Positions 20,473 through 26,205 of a stretch of 26,205 nt of DNA are shown piece by piece. Position 1 is the first letter of the stretch; every line of letters begins with the position of its first letter. The notes beneath the pieces are model-generated. The model searched no databases and was not told where the DNA came from. It was given only the letters and a program-made list of their open reading frames with translations. The translations under genes were made by a program, and so were the position numbers. Source of the stretch: Octopus sinensis (lineage: Eukaryota). The DNA lies in assembly GCF_006345805.1 (NCBI RefSeq), contig NW_021835672.1, positions 1 through 26,205 of the forward strand. The letters are read 5' to 3'.

Positions 20473-20885
20473 GATCTTTGGAGTTATAAAGCCATTATTT
20501 AATTAAGTTGAAAGTATGTCAAAGTTTACAGCTGTTTCCATATATCAGGCTGGGTATTTACCTCGTAATTGATAGACATCATCAGAACGCGTGAAAGTTA
20601 TGGTAATAACTAATTATGGGACCTTAGATTCAACTAACTCTCTTCTCATCTATTCTGCAACTGATTTATTGGACTTTGAACCCAACAAAAATGTAAGACT
20701 ATCGAATTATTGAACATCTTCTTTTTCCTGTTTTTTCCTTACACTTTCTTTCTCTCTAATCTATTCTTGTTTATCTTTGCCTTTTTCATTCTGATTTACT
20801 GAAACAGCTGTAAACTTACTCTAACATACTCTCATCTTAATTAATTAATAATTAATTAATTAATGGCTTTATAACACCAAAGATC
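20473..20885. mobile_element. Inverted pair of Penelope-like terminal segments (20473-20538 and 20801-20885)
   Basis: GATCTTTGGAGTTATAAAGCCATTA...AAGTTTACAGCTGTTTC versus GAAACAGCTGTAAACTT...TAATGGCTTTATAACACCAAAGATC. Each arm carries a hammerhead 3' half. Confidence 0.7.
20524..20588 (-). ncRNA. Minimal type-I hammerhead ribozyme motif, intact core
   Basis: Minus strand GUU-CUGAUGA-UGUCUAUCA...UGAUAUAUG-GAAAC(AGCU)GUA^AAC. Palindromic ACAGCUGU and a GUA triplet. Confidence 0.7.
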
Positions 20886-21059
20886 CACTTCTCATTGTTA
20901 TTTATTCCTCCATTTCCTTAACGTCAATATGTACAGGAAACTACGGTTTACTTTAAATTACTACCGTATATCTTATAACAAGAACCATGCATACTGAGTT
21001 AATTACCAGGAGCGCCTCTGGATACATCTATCCCTTAGAGGGTGTAAACACCGCTAACT

Positions 21060-21122
21060 TATGTATGTATGTATGTATGTATGTATGTATGTATGTATGT
21101 ATGTATGTATGTATGTATGTAT

Positions 21123-21201
<79 letters not shown>

Positions 21202-21320
21202 CAAACACCCCACATGCACACACACATATTTATATATACATATATATAGATAAACATGTATATATATGTATACATGTATATATGTGTGTATATGCATACA
21301 TATATGTATGTATGCATGTA
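21060..21320. repeat. (TATG)n-(TA)n compound microsatellite
   Basis: Direct reading. Confidence 0.95.
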
Positions 21321-21639
21321 TAGTTATACGGTTATACGTCAAAATCCAGATATAGTTATCTCGTATTTAAGCTTTCCCGTTACGAGTACATAATAATATT
21401 GCAAAGTTAGTTCTAACAAGCGCTATCTTAGCTCCCTAGTTCATAATTCACCTCTTAACATATTTTGCATTTTGACGAATAACTAAATTTACAGGTTCAA
21501 ATAGGAATGGAGTAATGTCCATTGATACACCTTGTTGGCTGAAATACCACTAAGTAGGGACGAGTTGAATTTCTATGAAGTTTCGCCTAACTGTAGTTTT
21601 ATGTAAGTTCAGATTAAATAAGATCCTTTTCTACTCTTG

Positions 21640-21777
21640 CTAGCGGTTCAGCATAACGAAACCGATAAAATAAGCACCACGTTTTAGTAAATAAGCACTG
21701 AGGATCGATTCGTACGACTGAAACATTTCAAGGTGGTGCTCCAGTATGGGCGCAATCCAAAGACTGATACAAGTAAA
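21640..21777 (+). mobile_element. Degenerate family A SINE 3' end
   Basis: TAGCGGTTCAGCATAACGAAACCGATAAAATAAGCAC...GGTGGTGCTCCAGTATGG. Confidence 0.75.
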
Positions 21778-21782
21778 GCATA

Positions 21783-21900
21783 GGCGCAGGTGTGGCTGTG
21801 TGGTAAGAAGTTTGCTGCCCAGTCGCAAAGGTTCCGAGTTCTATCTCACCGTGTGGTGCCTTAGGCAAGTGACTTTTACAATAGCCTCGGGGCGTCGTAT
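21783..21900 (+). mobile_element. tRNA-derived SINE head (family A type)
   Basis: A-box TGGCTGTGTGG, B-box-like GAGTTCTATCTC and CORE-like CCTTAGGCAAGTGACTT, running into a microsatellite. Confidence 0.8.
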
Positions 21901-21918
21901 ACATACATACATACATAT

Positions 21919-21962
<44 letters not shown>

Positions 21963-22081
21963 TGTATGTATGTATGTGTGTGTGTGTGTTTGTGCATGTA
22001 TATATATATATATGCACGTGTGCGTGTATGCATATGTATGTATATTATATATGTGTGTCTTCCTTGTCTGTGTGTCTATAC

Positions 22082-22137
22082 TTTGTCTGTCCTTGTTTGT
22101 CCCCTCTATGTTTAGCCCCTTGTGGGTAGTAAAGAAT
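22082..22137 (+). mobile_element. Family B SINE 3' tail
   Basis: TTTGTCTGTCCTTGTTTGTCCCCTCTATGTTTAGCCCCTTGTGGG matches the reverse complement of 4721-4765. Confidence 0.8.
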
Positions 22138-22150
22138 ATATGTGTGTCTA

Positions 22151-22210
<60 letters not shown>

Positions 22211-22261
22211 TGTGTGTGTGTGTATGTATGTATGTATGTATATATCAGTTCAGCATTTATC

Positions 22262-22690
22262 TCTTTCAGAGCCGTCCTCTTTTGAAGTCACACACTTTAT
22301 CCAGCGTCGTTTTTATTGATGAAAAATTCCTGGAATTCCTTTTTTAGGATGCATTGTCGCATTGCCTTGGATTTCCTCGGCGTCTTGAGAAGTGGGATTT
22401 GACTTTTGCGTTGGTTTCGGGGCCATTGACGCACGATTCATCACCTGTTATGACATTTTTCAAAAACCTTCCGTCTTCCTCGACTGAATCAAGGAGATTC
22501 TACTCAACTGAGGCCCGATCTTCTTTTCCAGACGACCACACTCTACACACTTTTATTCAAATCATTGTTTCAAACAACAGAAGTGAGCCAGAATACTACA
22601 ACTTAGTGTGCAAGCGTGACAGAGTTCAAGGTCAGTCTGCCAAGCGGTTCCACTCTGAGTACTTTAGTTTTGTTACCATAGCAACAGCAG
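22262..22690 (-). mobile_element. Heavily deleted mariner relic
   Basis: Minus strand LLDSVEEDGRFLKNVITGDESCVNGPET near 22415-22497. TIRs not found, so boundaries are approximate. Confidence 0.65.
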
Positions 22691-23109
22691 CGACACCTTT
22701 TGATCAGACTACTTTAAACATCGAATGTTTACGATGAAATGTCAGCAATGTTATTTTTACCCGCCTCCCCCAAAGAGCTCACTTCCGGCTGTTATTTTGT
22801 AAAGTAGACACAGAATTTGAAAACAATCTGTATAATAGGTTTTTCTTTTAAATGTGAGTGTGTGTGTGTGCGCGCGTGTGTGTGTGTGCGCGCGTGTGTG
22901 TGCGCGCGTGTGTGTGTGTGTGCTTGCTTGTTTATTGATTCAGTGAGATGTTTTATTTCCCTGTTCGTCCCACTCAATATACACATAATTTGCGCCATTT
23001 CTCTCAGTAGGAAACGAGCCAAGAATATTTTAGTAGCCAGGATACCGGGCTTCTTAACATGTTCAATAGATTTATAAATTTCTCAACGATAGTACAACAA
23101 TTTTTCAGT

Positions 23110-23153
23110 GTATGTATATAGAAATATATACAAACATACATATGTACAAATAA

Positions 23154-23191
<38 letters not shown>

Positions 23192-23197
23192 TCATAT

Positions 23198-23230
<33 letters not shown>

Positions 23231-23434
23231 CATATATATATGCATATATGTATGTTTGTATGTATGCATGTATGTATTTAAATAATGGATATGGATATTT
23301 ATATACATATATATATATATACATGTGTGTATATATATGCATATATATATATATGCAATATATAATATATATGCATATATATATATGTGTAATAAAACCA
23401 TATATGTGTATATATATATATACATATATATATG

Positions 23435-23524
<90 letters not shown>

Positions 23525-23595
23525 CATGTATATATATATATGTATATATATGTATATCTATCTATATATATGCACACACACACACATATATATAT
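23110..23595. repeat. Complex (CA)n/(TACA)n/(TA)n low-complexity tract
   Basis: Direct reading. Confidence 0.95.
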
Positions 23596-23991
23596 AACGT
23601 ACGCTAATTTTGGTATTGGATTGGTTGATCCAAAATTCTAACGTATTACTAACCAAACGACACAAACATAACATCGGAACAAAAATGTGCAAAATTCCAC
23701 ATAAACCCAAAAATAAACAGACAAAAATAAATAAACAACAAAACTAAAACCGGCAGAAAATATATTTGTAAGATAACACTCTGAGAAAATGGTTAGCAGA
23801 ATCAAATAGATACATATCGATAGCAATATTCATTAATAACGAAACTGCAGAAGTCTTGCACTGAAATGGCTGGAGTTTATATATATTGCTGGTCAGATTC
23901 CGCATCACATCGATTACTCTGTTGAAACGTCCATTAGTTTATCTGACAGTTCGCCATTGTTTATAAAATTGACTATGGTTCATTGAAATGA

Positions 23992-24320
<329 letters not shown>

Positions 24321-24321
24321 T

Positions 24322-24539
24322 TAGGCACATAGCCATCAATATTTGGTGGGGGGGGATTAGTCGATGCTATCGATCAACCGGTACTTGACCGGCCCTAAAT
24401 TTTATTGATTCCAAAAGGATGAAAGGTAGTAAAGCAAAGTCGACCGCGGCGGTATTTGATCTTAGAACGGAAAGAGTCGGAGGGAATACTGCCCGGCATT
24501 TCTGACCGACGCTCTATCGATTCTTCCAATCCGCCGCCC
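24322..24539 (-). mobile_element. Degenerate full-length family B SINE
   Basis: AGGCACATAGCC...TAGTCGAT...AAAGGATGAAAGG...AAAGTCGACCGCGGCGG...CCGCCGCC; tail resembles 1830-1855. Confidence 0.75.
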
Positions 24540-24545
24540 AAATAA

Positions 24546-24591
24546 GAATAACAACAACAACGACAACAAAAGCAAAAACAACAACAATAAT

Positions 24592-24627
<36 letters not shown>

Positions 24628-24720
24628 AATAATAAAAATGATACATGGTAATGACGATGAGGATGAAGGTGGTGGTGGTGGGGTGGTGGTGGTGGTGGTA
24701 ATTATAATAGTAGTGATGAT
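24546..24720. repeat. (AAC)n/(AAT)n/(GGT)n compound repeat
   Basis: Direct reading. Confidence 0.9.
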
Positions 24721-24899
24721 GTGGGAGGCAGACGAGGACGTTTAAAACTATATTGGGATACATTATAGATTTTAATTTACGTAAATATGTAAATGAGATA
24801 TGTAACTACACTGATAAATAAAACACAAAGTAGAAACGAGTCAGCCACCTACACGTGGGTGAGAGGCTAGCATCTGGTTTCGATCGTGGCACCCCACAA

Positions 24900-25700
24900 C
24901 TTTGATTACCTTCCACTTCAATGAACTCCTCATTCGGATATGCAAAATGTCACAAAGTTGGCGTAGGCAATTCAGCCATCAGAGACAGTAAGGAAGTATC
25001 ATGTCCTCTTATAGTTACAGTATAACTGTTTGTAGACTCAAAATGCTTCTTCTTAGTTGTCTATCTCCTTCATATCCCACGGAGTCAAACCCTTCTTCAT
25101 CTTCTTGCATTTCCTTCGATGCAGGGTTAGCCATTCGCTAAGTTTCGTTGGCTGTGAATTTCATACGAGTTTCAGGATAGATGTGCTTGGACACCCGCTT
25201 TCTGTTTGGATTAAGTTTTTCTTCTTTTTCGTGACGAAGCTTCTTTTTTCATTCCTTTTTGCACAACCCATGACCATCTTTCCTCTTCTTTCTTCGATGG
25301 GATAATACTAAAAACTGTTGTCAGTGGAAGGAAACCCTTGTGGGTCGGCTGTAGCACCGAGGACGAGGCGATATATTCCGCTATCCTTTAAGCTGCAACA
25401 GGTGAGGCTCTGGAAACAGCTACTTCTGGGACCTGGTGATGTTGCTGCAGCCTCTGCTGCCGTTTCTGCTGCATTCGCTATTGTTGTTGATGATTCTATT
25501 GTTACTTTCTTTGCTTCTGATATCACTGTATTTGCTATTCTGCCTGCCTCTGCTAATGTTGTTGCTGTCTCGGCTGTGTCTACGTTCCATTGCGTTTCTA
25601 GATCCCCTGAACAAAATGCTTTCCGTGGCTCTTACTACCAAACGTGTAACAGCTGACATATCAACTGTACTGCCTTTCCTTTTCAATCGACAATGTGGTA
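24900..25700 (-). pseudogene. Probable LINE ORF1 (gag-like) relic
   Basis: CYTFGSKSH then KAFC after a frameshift (25611-25651) is a damaged CX2CX4HX4C knuckle. It is followed by an Ala/Thr/Glu-rich stretch and a basic region. Confidence 0.45.
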
Positions 25701-25706
25701 CAAGTA

Positions 25707-25995
25707 AGGCCGCGAGCTGGCAGAAAGGTTAGCACGCCGGGCGAAATGCTGAGCCGTATTTCGTCTGTCTTTACGTTGAAATTCCGCCGGTGATACCATC
25801 GATTCCAGTACTTGACTTGTACTTTAGCGACCCCGGAGGGAAGAAGAGCAGAGCTGACCTTGGCGAGATTTTGAACTCAAAATCTAAAGAGCCGAAAGGA
25901 ATACCAAAAAGCATTTTTCTCCGACGTTCTAACGGTGGGTGGGGGTGTCTTCGATCCGGCTCTCTGCGCTCTGAGTTCAAAACTTGTCGAGCTCA
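25707..25995. mobile_element. Cluster of three family B SINE pieces: + (25707-25790), - (~25791-25935), + (~25950-25995)
   Basis: GGCCGCGAGCTGGCAGAAAGGTTAGCACGCCGGGCGAAATGC; GACCTTGGCGAGATTTTGAACTC; CTCTGAGTTCAAA. Confidence 0.75.
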
Positions 25996-26012
25996 TTAGC
26001 CACAAAGGCTCT

Positions 26013-26155
26013 TACATACATACATACATACACACATACATACATACATACACATACATACATACATACATACATACATACATACATACATACATACATA
26101 CATACATACATACATGCATACACACACATACCCCCATACACATGCATTCATACAT
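26013..26155. repeat. (TACA)n microsatellite
   Basis: Direct reading. Confidence 0.95.
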
Positions 26156-26205
26156 ATAATGGACTGCAAAAAACGCGTAAGGAGGTACGCACATACTTAA
26201 ATAAA

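Noticed and set aside
10691-23112. TACACTGAAA..TTGTTGTA at 10691 and its inverse at 23093-23112 as TIRs of a 12-kb element
   Set aside because: Only ~20 bp of imperfect AT-rich match with no other support.

Overview
AT-rich, microsatellite-dense eukaryotic non-coding DNA with no recognisable intact host gene. The interspersed repeats look like those of an octopus (coleoid cephalopod) genome; this is an inference from recognising the repeat families, not from a search. Almost all ORFs in the track are microsatellite translations. The window holds many tRNA-derived SINE copies (my local names A, B, C, plus a short repeat D), three mariner elements, a complete non-autonomous Helitron, several LINE relics and several large inverted repeats. 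One 5'-truncated RTE-type LINE ends in three tandem C2H2 zinc fingers. The least obvious signal is a set of about eight minimal type-I hammerhead-ribozyme motifs. Two have intact catalytic cores and several have palindromic helix III; two pairs are inverted or back-to-back, as expected for Penelope-like element termini.
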